Below, piece by piece: positions 38,473-47,941 of a stretch of DNA of 64,000 nt. The stretch spans positions 1 through 64,000 of the forward strand of contig JAZRKN010000014.1 of assembly GCA_045646345.1 (NCBI GenBank). The letters run 5' to 3'. The position numbers and the translations under genes were made by a program. Source of the stretch: Candidatus Scatovivens sp. GTDB lineage: Bacteria > Bacillota > Clostridia > TANB77 > CAG-508. The number at the start of each line of letters is the position of its first letter. The first letter of the stretch is position 1. Under the pieces are notes generated by a model. It was not told where the DNA came from and did no database searches. It saw nothing but the letters and a program-made list of their open reading frames with translations.

Positions 38473-39906
38473 TTATTTTGTACGATCTTTTGAGTTTCCA
38501 AATTTGTCTAATACAACTACTTTTGAACCTGGTATAATAATTGTTGTAGAATCAACTGCTAATTCTTTTAAAATATCTGCAGCATCTAATAAGTCTTTAG
38601 TTGTAGCTCCGTATTTTAATTTTATTCCATTTAAAAATTCTTCATCTAAGGTTAAAGAAATATTTGGTGAGTTTAATTGATCATCTGGAATATGAGCTAA
38701 AAGTTCATTTCTAAGCATAAACTTATTAAATGAAATTAAATTTTCATAAACTCTTTCATAATTAACTCCAGTTTTTAAAAGTGATTGCATAGAATCTAAA
38801 TCTTGTGCTCTCGGAGTTCTTTTAAAGTAATTTGAATGAGATAAAAGTGCTGCTAATTTTTTATCATTTGGGCTATCTGGTGCTGGTGTGAAATTATGTA
38901 GTTGTTCAAGAGATGATTGGGTTATTTCTTCTAGTAATTTTCTTGAAACAGAACTAAGTGAATCTTGGGAAGAGATAGTACAACCAGACGCATTGTGATG
39001 ACCACCGCCACCATTATTATTTGCCAAAGGAAATACATCAATATCACCACAAAAAGAAATACTTCTAAATTCACATTCGTATTTATGTGTTTCTTCTGCA
39101 GCGATAATCATATTTATACTAGTATCTTCAATATTTGCCAATTTAAAAATCTTTTTAGGAATATTAGTTACTCCATATTTTTCTTTTAATTCTTTAAGTT
39201 GATCGTTTTCTAAACCTAAATAATTTATGTAAGTATTGCCAACTTTTATTCTTTGAACTCCTAAGAATGCTTTTGCAAGTCCAACTTCACTTTTTAAAGA
39301 TCTTCTTTTATTTAATATGCCTTGAACGCGACTTAAATTTCCACCAGTTTTTAAAAGTAATTTTAAATTATCTAATGTTCCAGGTTTTAAATGTCTGAAA
39401 CTTGCAGTATCTGTACTCATACCAACTAATAGCATTGTTGATAAATCTGGATTTAATGCTTTCATATAATGTAATTCTTTTGCGATAATTTCACATGTAG
39501 AACTAAATTTAGGATTACGAAAGATATTTTCTTTTGGCACTTTTAAATCTTCTTCAATAGCAGGTGTTCCGGGAGCTTTTTCATGATGATCTAAAATATA
39601 AATGTCTTCTGGTTTAGATGATTTAAATAAATTATTTTCAGCATGTGCTAAAGTTGATGTGTCTAAAATAATTGAGATACATTCGTCGTTGCTTGGATTT
39701 TTAGATTGTTCTGTATAACCAAGAAGTGGAACATAAGCATTATTTGGTCTGCTTGTTACAACATATTGTGCATCAATTTTATTAGATTTAAAAAATCTTT
39801 CTAAAGTCTTTGATGAAGCAACTGCATCTCCATCAGGTTTTTTATGTGCAATTATAATTATTTTTTTATGGTGTTTTTGAGCTTTTTCTAAAATTCTTTT
39901 TAACAA
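38473..39906 (-). CDS. DHH family phosphoesterase (NrnA-like) with C-terminal extension
   Basis: HKKPDGDA, LDTS, LDHH, SSTCE, TDTASF, GGGHHNASG. Confidence 0.88.
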   Translation of the reverse strand: MLKRILEKAQKHHKKIIIIAHKKPDGDAVASSKTLERFFKSNKIDAQYVVTSRPNNAYVPLLGYTEQSKNPSNDECISIILDTSTLAHAENNLFKSSKPEDIYILDHHEKAPGTPAIEEDLKVPKENIFRNPKFSSTCEIIAKELHYMKALNPDLSTMLLVGMSTDTASFRHLKPGTLDNLKLLLKTGGNLSRVQGILNKRRSLKSEVGLAKAFLGVQRIKVGNTYINYLGLENDQLKELKEKYGVTNIPKKIFKLANIEDTSINMIIAAEETHKYECEFRSISFCGDIDVFPLANNNGGGGHHNASGCTISSQDSLSSVSRKLLEEITQSSLEQLHNFTPAPDSPNDKKLAALLSHSNYFKRTPRAQDLDSMQSLLKTGVNYERVYENLISFNKFMLRNELLAHIPDDQLNSPNISLTLDEEFLNGIKLKYGATTKDLLDAADILKELAVDSTTIIIPGSKVVVLDKFGNSKDRTK

Positions 39907-40221
39907 TATATATTTCTCCTTAATAATTTACTTTACATAAATATTATATCACAAATAATAAATTTGGTAAAGTTTGTAAGAAAAAGTCGAAAAGTTTAAA
40001 AAATAATAAAAAATTTTAAAAAAAACTTGTAATTTTATTAAATTAATGATATAAATAATGCATTGTTGAAGGCAAGAAAAGCCTTTAAAATCAATGATTT
40101 TCTTGGATTAGAAGAATAAAAATAAAATTTTTAAAAAAATTTTAAAAAAGTGTTGACATCTTTTAAAAAATGTTGTAATATATAAAGGCAGTCGCGTTAC
40201 AGATTGCCATACAATATGTAT

Positions 40222-40297
40222 GGGCTATTAGCTCAGATGGTAGAGCACTTGACTTTTAATCAAGTTGTCCCGCGTTCGAATCGCGGATAGCTCACCA
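40222..40297 (+). tRNA. tRNA-Lys(TTT)
   Basis: Cloverleaf; anticodon arm cttga-CTTTTAA-tcaag; GTTCGAAT; CCA end. Confidence 0.96.
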
Positions 40298-40326
40298 AGA
40301 AAATCTTGTAAAAGATTTTCTTTTAT

Positions 40327-40401
40327 GGCCCCTTGGTCAAGCGGTTAAGACATCGCCCTTTCACGGCGGAGACATGGGTTCGATTCCCGTAGGGGTCACC
40401 A
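40327..40401 (+). tRNA. tRNA-Glu(TTC)
   Basis: Anticodon arm tcgcc-CTTTCAC-ggcgg; GTTCGATT; CCA end. Confidence 0.96.
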
Positions 40402-40437
40402 TTTTTTTATCAAAAATGTGACAAAATAATTTAATAT

Positions 40438-40513
<76 letters not shown>

Positions 40514-40666
40514 GAAAAGATAAGTAGAAATACTTATCTTTTTTATTTTCTTAAAGAAATTTTTTGCATTAGCAGTTCAAAAATTTTGAAAAAATAGCAA
40601 CTTTTGTATTAACGTACAAAAATATAAAATACAGTAAAAAACCGGGAATTTTTTCCGTTTTTTTTA

Positions 40667-40772
40667 CAATACCGGAAGAAAATAAAAAAAACTTCCGGTA
40701 TTGTATTGACAATGGAAAACTTTTCTGGTGTTCTATAAATGCCGGAAGAAAAGTAAAAAAACTTCCGGTATT
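40667..40772. promoter_or_regulatory. Two copies of an inverted-repeat operator upstream of the fic gene
   Basis: caataccggaag-13-cttccggtattg (40667-40703) and aatgccggaag-13-cttccggtatt (40738-40772), with TTGACA between them. Confidence 0.7.
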
Positions 40773-40789
40773 CCAGGAGAGAGGTGTAA

Positions 40790-41863
40790 GTGATGAATAA
40801 TAAAATAGATATGTTGCCTATAGAAAAAGATATTGAAACTAAAAGAATATTAAAACAATTATCAAGAACTAGTCGAGCTTTAGCAGAATTAAAGGGTGTT
40901 GCTAAAACAATGCCTAATCAAAATATTTTAATTAATGCTATTATGATTAATGAAGCAAAGACAAGTTCTAATATAGAAAATATAGTAACAACACACGATG
41001 AAATTTATAAAGCAATGGTTAAAACTAGTGATGCAAGCCCTGCAGCAAAAGAAGTTGCTGATTATAGAGCAGCAATTTGGGAAGGTTATACTCTAATTAA
41101 AGAAAAAGAGCTAATAAATACTAATATAATCGTAAAAATTCAAGAAAAATTAGAACATAATCAAGCGGGAATAAGATCTACACCTGGAAATGTTATAAAA
41201 AATGATACTACAGGAGAAATAATTTATATTCCACCACAAGAAAAAGATGAAATTTTAAAATATATGAAAAATCTTGAAGAATATATCAATAATGATGACG
41301 ATAAGGTGGACCCTTTAATAAAATTAGCTATGATTCATTATCAATTCGAATCAATTCATCCATTTTATGATGGGAATGGTAGAACAGGAAGAATTCTGAA
41401 TATATTATATCTAATTTTAAAAGATTTAATTGATGCTCCAATATTATATTTGAGTAAATATATAATTAGAAATAAATTACAATATTATAAGCTTTTTCAA
41501 GAAACAAGGGAATCAGGTGATTTTGAAGATTGGATTATATATATATTAGTTGGAATTGAAGAAATGGCTGAAGAAACAATTATCACAATTAATAAAATTA
41601 GGGATGAAATTCTTACTATGAAACATGAACTAAGAGAAAAAACCAAAATATATTCTAAAGAATTATTAGAAGCGCTGTTTGTAGAATTTTATACAAAAAT
41701 TCCTTATATTCAAAAACAATTAGGAGTTTCTGATAAAACAGCTCAAAAATATTTAGATAGTCTTGTGGAGATGGGATTTTTAACTTCGGAAAAAATGGGA
41801 AGAGAAAGAATATATAGAAATGAAAGATTATTTAAAATAATAAAAGAAACAGATAGAGTGTAA
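40790..41863 (+). CDS. Fic family protein (class II-like, C-terminal wHTH)
   Basis: Fic motif HPFYDGNGRTGR; N-terminal inhibitory-type motif SSNIEN; HTH QLGVSDKTAQKYLDSLVEMGFL. Confidence 0.93.
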   Translation: MMNNKIDMLPIEKDIETKRILKQLSRTSRALAELKGVAKTMPNQNILINAIMINEAKTSSNIENIVTTHDEIYKAMVKTSDASPAAKEVADYRAAIWEGYTLIKEKELINTNIIVKIQEKLEHNQAGIRSTPGNVIKNDTTGEIIYIPPQEKDEILKYMKNLEEYINNDDDKVDPLIKLAMIHYQFESIHPFYDGNGRTGRILNILYLILKDLIDAPILYLSKYIIRNKLQYYKLFQETRESGDFEDWIIYILVGIEEMAEETIITINKIRDEILTMKHELREKTKIYSKELLEALFVEFYTKIPYIQKQLGVSDKTAQKYLDSLVEMGFLTSEKMGRERIYRNERLFKIIKETDRV

Positions 41864-42062
41864 GTAAAATAGTATTGATATAATAGGGGATAAAGATTTA
41901 TTCTTGGATTTAAAAGACAGCTAGAAATATCTGTCTTTTTTTTATTTAAAAGTAAACCCCGGTTATACCGGTGGATAATTATGTATGGAAAAATACTTAT
42001 ATTTTTTATTTTTTACTAAAAATATGATATAATTATAGTATAAGCAAAATCATAAAGGTGGT

Positions 42063-43247
42063 ATGAATATGAGATTAAATGAAAGTAAGTTTTTTCAAAT
42101 ATTAACGATAATAATGCTATGTGGAATGCTAGGAATTTTAGTGTTTGGTGGATTTTATGCTTTTGCTGCAGAAGCATTTGAAGATACAATAATTGAAGTA
42201 ATTGCACAAAAAGTATTTTTATTTGATTTAACAATATCTGTTGTTTTATTCTTTATATTTTTGTTTTCCGCATTTTTGAATATAGATAAACAAGCAGAGC
42301 ACGTTGCAGATTTAAATGAAGCTACAGAAGAATTTGAAAATTTGTATAATAAATTAAAAGATGATGGATTAGATTTATATGAAAAAGAAAGAAAAAAATT
42401 AAGATTTAGAAAAACAATTGAAAACATATTAAAATATTGTTTTGTTATTTGTATATTTATTTTTGCATTTTTTAATTTTTCGGTTGTTACTTTAAGACAT
42501 ATTGTTGCTCCATTGTTTTATATAACACTTTTGGGGTATATATATATTTATAATAAAAATAAAAAATATATTACTAAATTCGAAGAAAAATATAATGAAA
42601 TGATTCCTAATTTAATAATAAAACATTTAGGACATGAGAAAATAAAATTTACATCAATATGTTCGGAAAAAGAATATGAATATGATGATTTATATGAAAT
42701 GCTTTATCCAGTACCACAAAATAAAAAAACATATTATAAGAACTTTATTGAAGGACTTTTATATAATGATTTAGAAATAAAATTTACAGACATGTATTTG
42801 TCTAAAGTGACTTATGGAAAAGGTAGTGTGCCAAATGTTTTCTTTTCAGGTTATTTTGGCTATATGGAATTTAAGAAAGATTTATTTAACGGCTTTTCTA
42901 TTGTAAAAAGAGATACATATAATCAAAAAGAGATTATAAGAGAAACAAATAACGAATTTTTTGATAAATATTTTACATTAAAATCTAATAATGAAAGATT
43001 TAAAGCTGGATTAATAAGAGATGGGATTGCTGATGCTGTTGCAAGATTTTATTCTTCTACCAATATTGCAGTGCAAATAGAGACTAGAGGAGAGAAAGTT
43101 ATTTTTAAAATATTTTCTAGTTCAATTTTTGAACCGTCTTTTTCTAAAAATTATAAAGAAAGAATATATACTCAATACTATTTTTTAAATGAACTATTTA
43201 TATTAATAGATGAAATATATGAAATAATAAAGAATAATAGTTATTAA
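42063..43247 (+). CDS. Membrane protein, possible DUF3137-like C-terminal domain
   Basis: Four N-terminal TM segments; soluble C-half with FFSGYF...NNEFFDKYF. Confidence 0.65.
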   Translation: MNMRLNESKFFQILTIIMLCGMLGILVFGGFYAFAAEAFEDTIIEVIAQKVFLFDLTISVVLFFIFLFSAFLNIDKQAEHVADLNEATEEFENLYNKLKDDGLDLYEKERKKLRFRKTIENILKYCFVICIFIFAFFNFSVVTLRHIVAPLFYITLLGYIYIYNKNKKYITKFEEKYNEMIPNLIIKHLGHEKIKFTSICSEKEYEYDDLYEMLYPVPQNKKTYYKNFIEGLLYNDLEIKFTDMYLSKVTYGKGSVPNVFFSGYFGYMEFKKDLFNGFSIVKRDTYNQKEIIRETNNEFFDKYFTLKSNNERFKAGLIRDGIADAVARFYSSTNIAVQIETRGEKVIFKIFSSSIFEPSFSKNYKERIYTQYYFLNELFILIDEIYEIIKNNSY

Positions 43248-43357
43248 TATAAAAGCCTAAATTTATTTAAATTTAGGCTTTATTTTTTGGCAAGAATTGA
43301 CTTTATTTGTGGTAGATTTTATAATAATGTTGTAAAACAAATATTAGGAGATAAGTC

Positions 43358-44965
43358 ATGAAAAAAATAAAAGTTATAACTCCAGAAGAAGCACTAGAAA
43401 AATTCTTGAAATGGTTTGATAAGAATAAAAGATTGGCTTTTTTTGTTGCTTTAATAGTCGGTTTAATTACTCATATAACAATGATAACAGAAACAATAAT
43501 GAGTCAAGATGGTTTATGGAATTCTATAGAATATGCAAGACCAGGCGAGTGGGAAATAACACTTGGAAGATGGGGGATAGAGATAATACAAAGAGTTACT
43601 CAATTTATTGCAATTCCTACAATAAATACAGTTCTTTGTATAATAATGGCAGCAATTACAGCAGTATTTATTGTAGATTTATTTGATTTAAAAAGTAAAG
43701 TTTCAATAATATTTACATCATTAGCATTAGTAGTTACCCCAACTTTACTTGTTACATTATTATACATATATACATCATTTGCATATTGCTTTAATCTTTT
43801 GATATCAACACTTGTAATATGGTTTTTATATAAATTTAAATATAAGAAAACTGGATTTGTATTATCAACTTTATGCTTTATGTTTTCGCTAAGCATTTAT
43901 CAAAGTTATGTTGGTGTAACAGTAGGACTTTGTATAATAGTTTCAATAATAGATTTGTTTAAAAACAAAGATATAAAAGATGTATTGATAAATATTGGTA
44001 AAGCAGTTTTAGTTGTACTTATAGGTGGAATTTTATATTTATCTGCTACTAAAATAATACAAACAGTTTTAAATCTTGAGATGAGTAATTACAATAATGC
44101 AAATAATGTTTCACTAATTGGAATTTTAGCAGGACTAAAATCCACAATTTGTCAAACATATGTGGATTTTGGAACATTCTTTTTTGGAAATGACATTATA
44201 GTAAATGCGAACTATTTAAGAGGAATTATATACGCTGCATTTTTTGCAATGTTAGCAATTGGAATTATAACAAACTTAATAAATATAAAAGAAGAAAATA
44301 AAAAAATAAAAATAGCAAGAATATCTTTAATATTATTATTTATAGCTGTATTACCAATAGGGTTAAATATTATAGATTTAATTATTGTAGGTAATAAAAT
44401 ATATGCACTTACAGCTGCTCAAATGATTTTAATGATTCCATTTGCATTTGCAATTTTTGAATTATTAAATAAATATATGATTGTAAAGTGGATTGCTATA
44501 ATATCTTGCTTTGGAATAATGTGGACATATTATTTGGCGGATAATACTTCATATGCAGCTTTGAAATTAACATATAATCAAGCATATTCATCAACAATGA
44601 GAGTTATGGATAGAATAGAGAATACTCCTGGATATATAAATGGAATGCCAATACTTTTTGGTGGAATTATAGGAAATAACAATTATCCTAGAACATCATC
44701 ATTATACGCATATACAATTGGTGGTATAGTAAATAATACAGCATTCCATGGCCCTTATGGAAGTGCGATGGGAACATGGAATAAATTTTTAAGAATCTTT
44801 TATGGATTAGATGTTACAATGTGCACACCTGAAGAATACTATACTATAGTTACTGGAGATGTATATAAAAATGATATGGAATGTTTTCCTGCTGCAACTT
44901 CAATAAAAATAATGAATGGTATAGTTGTTGTAAAATTAGATGAAGAACCTTATTTACCTTATTAA
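43358..44965 (+). CDS. Glucosyltransferase GtrII-like polytopic membrane protein
   Basis: WEITLGRW, SLSIYQSY motifs; multiple TM segments; C-terminal M..FP...SI....GIVVVKL. Confidence 0.82.
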   Translation: MKKIKVITPEEALEKFLKWFDKNKRLAFFVALIVGLITHITMITETIMSQDGLWNSIEYARPGEWEITLGRWGIEIIQRVTQFIAIPTINTVLCIIMAAITAVFIVDLFDLKSKVSIIFTSLALVVTPTLLVTLLYIYTSFAYCFNLLISTLVIWFLYKFKYKKTGFVLSTLCFMFSLSIYQSYVGVTVGLCIIVSIIDLFKNKDIKDVLINIGKAVLVVLIGGILYLSATKIIQTVLNLEMSNYNNANNVSLIGILAGLKSTICQTYVDFGTFFFGNDIIVNANYLRGIIYAAFFAMLAIGIITNLINIKEENKKIKIARISLILLFIAVLPIGLNIIDLIIVGNKIYALTAAQMILMIPFAFAIFELLNKYMIVKWIAIISCFGIMWTYYLADNTSYAALKLTYNQAYSSTMRVMDRIENTPGYINGMPILFGGIIGNNNYPRTSSLYAYTIGGIVNNTAFHGPYGSAMGTWNKFLRIFYGLDVTMCTPEEYYTIVTGDVYKNDMECFPAATSIKIMNGIVVVKLDEEPYLPY

Positions 44966-45012
44966 AGTAAGAATAAATAAACTAATAAATTATTAGTTAA
45001 GGAGAAATAAAA

Positions 45013-45741
45013 ATGAGTAAAGTTATTATTGTGACCGGCGCAAGTCGTGGAATAGGAAGAAATATTGCTTATAATTTAGCAGTAAATGGTCATCATGTTA
45101 TTGCAAATTATAACAATTCAGAAAAAGATGCATTAAAATTAAAACAAGATCTTGAAGAAAAAGGAATTGAGATTGATATCTTTAAAGCAAATGTGTCTAA
45201 AAGAGCTGAGGTTAAAAAATTAGTCGATTTTGTCGTTGAGAAATATAACAAAGTTGATGTATTAATAAATAATGCTGGAATTGCCGAAGAGAAATTATTT
45301 ACAGATATAACAGATGAAGATTTTGATAGAATGATGAAAGTAAATTTATATTCTGTGTTTTACATGACACAAGAAGTTGTTCCTCATATGATAAGAGTTC
45401 ATGACGGATGTATTATAAATATTTCTTCAATATATGGAATTTCTGGTGGTTCTTGCGAAGTACATTATTCGATGGCAAAAGCTGGAGTGGATGGTATGAC
45501 AAAGGCTTTAGCTAAAGAACTTGGTCCTTCAAATATAAGAGTAAATTCAATAGCTCCAGGAGCAATAGATACAGATATGAATAGAAATTTAACTGATGAA
45601 GATTGGAAACAAGTAATTCAAGAAACACCACTTATGAAAATTGGTTATCCAATTGATATTACAAGATGTATAAAATGGCTTATTGAAGATGAATTTACAA
45701 CAGGACAAGTAATATCACCAAACGGAGGAATGGTAATATAG
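45013..45741 (+). CDS. SDR family oxidoreductase (FabG/YmfI-like)
   Basis: TGASRGIG, NNAG, YSMAK, PGAIDT. Confidence 0.92.
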   Translation: MSKVIIVTGASRGIGRNIAYNLAVNGHHVIANYNNSEKDALKLKQDLEEKGIEIDIFKANVSKRAEVKKLVDFVVEKYNKVDVLINNAGIAEEKLFTDITDEDFDRMMKVNLYSVFYMTQEVVPHMIRVHDGCIINISSIYGISGGSCEVHYSMAKAGVDGMTKALAKELGPSNIRVNSIAPGAIDTDMNRNLTDEDWKQVIQETPLMKIGYPIDITRCIKWLIEDEFTTGQVISPNGGMVI

Positions 45742-46561
45742 ATGGGAAGAAATCAGGATTATGAATCAAAAAAAGTTGAATTAGAAAACCTTTTAAATAA
45801 TGGAATGATTGATCTTGAAATGTACAAAAAAGAAACTGAAATCTTAGATCGAAAAATAAAAGTTAGAGATGCAAGATTGGAAGCAGAAGAAAAAAATAAA
45901 AAGAGACAAAAGATAGAGGGAAGATTAGCGGTACTCATTTTAGTGGTTTGTTTTTCAATTTTTATAATTGGAATTTTTGCTAGACGGTGGATGGGTATGG
46001 AAATCATATGAAGAAGTTAGTAGTTATAATAGCATTCCTTCACCAATCCAAAAAGAAACTAGTGGAGGAGTAGTACACGATGTTGAAGGTCATAAATTTA
46101 ATATTCAATTTTTGTGTGATTATACGGTTTATGGAAAAGTTGTAGGAACTCATACGTATCTAGGAACAACAACTCATAACAAAGTAGTTCCAAAAGATGT
46201 TGGACTAGTTTGGGGGCCAATGGCACAAGATAAATTTAATAAGAGATTAAGATTCGTATCTACAGGACAAAGATGTTTAATGACATTTTTTGAATCTTCA
46301 GATACAGCTTGGTATTACAATATGTATGCTCCAGCATATATTTCAAATAATCATTTGGTTCCAAGTAATGCAGAAGTAAGGAAATTAATGAATAAAATTA
46401 AGAAGAATGATTATGTTAAAATAGAAGGATATTTGTGTAATATAAGAGGACAACATATAGTTGGAACAGGTGTATATCATACTGAAAGTAGTATAATAAG
46501 AGGTGATTATAACTGTGAAACAATATATGTTACTGATATAAAATGGTTAAAAGAAAAATAA
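45742..46561 (+). pseudogene. Membrane-anchored hypothetical protein gene split by a +1 frameshift near 45985-45987 (pseudogene, recoded gene or sequence error)
   Basis: ORF 45742-46011 ends just after a TM helix; ORF 45968-46561 overlaps in the +1 frame with only a TTG start and no RBS. Confidence 0.65.
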
Positions 46562-46601
46562 AATAAAAAACTCTCTAGAAAAACTAGAGAGTTTTTTTGT
46601 C

Positions 46602-47060
46602 TTATTCATAATTTTCAAGTCTTTTTTTATAATTTCCAGTAATTAATTTTGGTATAGAAATTAATATTTTATATATTGTTATTTTAAGTTTTTTAGACCA
46701 AATGTAAGATCTACGAAGATGTTTTGATGGTTTTAAATCATCTAAAACTATTAATCCCATTTCTGGTTTTTCTATATTAAAAACATAATTGTTTCCGTCA
46801 TTATTATCCCATTCTTCTTTTTCATTTTTTATACAGAAATTAAATGTTTCTTTATCTTCCAAATTTACTTCGATTTGAAAACCTAAATCGGTTTTAACCA
46901 TTTCAGATTCTATTTGATTATCCCAATCATTTCCGAATCCATAACGAATAAAGACGTTTTCAGATTCGTCTTGAAAGAATTTTCCTGTATATGATATTTT
47001 GACTGTACTATTAGCTGTTAATCTATCTGTATTAAAGAATATATTTTTAACTAATTCCAT
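46602..47060 (-). CDS. Starch/carbohydrate-binding module (CBM53-like) protein
   Basis: VKISYTG...RYGFGNDW...FNFCIKN...WDNNDGNNY. Confidence 0.82.
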   Translation of the reverse strand: MELVKNIFFNTDRLTANSTVKISYTGKFFQDESENVFIRYGFGNDWDNQIESEMVKTDLGFQIEVNLEDKETFNFCIKNEKEEWDNNDGNNYVFNIEKPEMGLIVLDDLKPSKHLRRSYIWSKKLKITIYKILISIPKLITGNYKKRLENYE

Positions 47061-47209
47061 AAATTTCTCCTCATAAGTATACCTATTAGTATTATATTAT
47101 TAGAAAAATTTTTCTTCAAGGTCATTGAATAAAAATTACAAAACTTACACAGAAATGTAATAAAAATGTAAAAAAAGGAATCTGATTTAGATTCCTTTTT
47201 AGTAATATC

Positions 47210-47776
47210 TTATATATATACTTTTCCAATTATTTGAAATTCATCTTTATTACTTATTGTAATATCTTTTATATCTTTATTATCTGCTCTTAGAATAAAT
47301 TTATCTTTTTTATAAAGTAATCTACGAATAATATATTCACCATTTAATCTAAATAGACCAATTGATTTGTTTTCTAATAAGCCATTTATTTCGATAAATG
47401 CATAAGCCCCTTCTTTTATAAGTGGAGCCATGCTTGAATCAGGAACTTTGTAAGCAAAAGATGCATCTGAATAATCAGCAGGACAAGTAATGTATTCGTC
47501 TATTTTTGAAATAGCTGGTATTTGATTATAAGTTACATGATTGATATAGCCATATTCAATTTGTTCTTTAGAAAGAGTTTTATCATATGTATATAATAAT
47601 TGTTGGTATGGAATATGAAGGGCTGAACAAATCGATTTCAAAGCTTTATGACTAGGATTCCTTTCACCTTTTTCGATATGAGTTAAATGTCCGATATTAA
47701 TATCTGTTTCATTTGCTAGCTGTGTTTTTGTAATACCTTTTTCTTTTCGAATTTTTGAAATCATGTTTCCTATCAT
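47210..47776 (-). CDS. XRE-family HTH regulator with S24 peptidase-like domain
   Basis: IRKEKGITKTQLA...IEKGERNPS; DSSMAPLIKEG...IIRRL...LRADN...IIGKV. Confidence 0.88.
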   Translation of the reverse strand: MIGNMISKIRKEKGITKTQLANETDINIGHLTHIEKGERNPSHKALKSICSALHIPYQQLLYTYDKTLSKEQIEYGYINHVTYNQIPAISKIDEYITCPADYSDASFAYKVPDSSMAPLIKEGAYAFIEINGLLENKSIGLFRLNGEYIIRRLLYKKDKFILRADNKDIKDITISNKDEFQIIGKVYI

Positions 47777-47941
47777 AAAAACTGCCCCTTTCTGTTTGAA
47801 TATTTTAAAATAAAAAATTGTTATTTATAAGGTTATTATATATATAATTTTTTTGATTGTCTAGAGTAAAAAATATTGCGAAACAGCATAACATATGATA
47901 AGATGAAAAGCGAAATTAGTACAGAAAGGAAGGCTTTTTAG

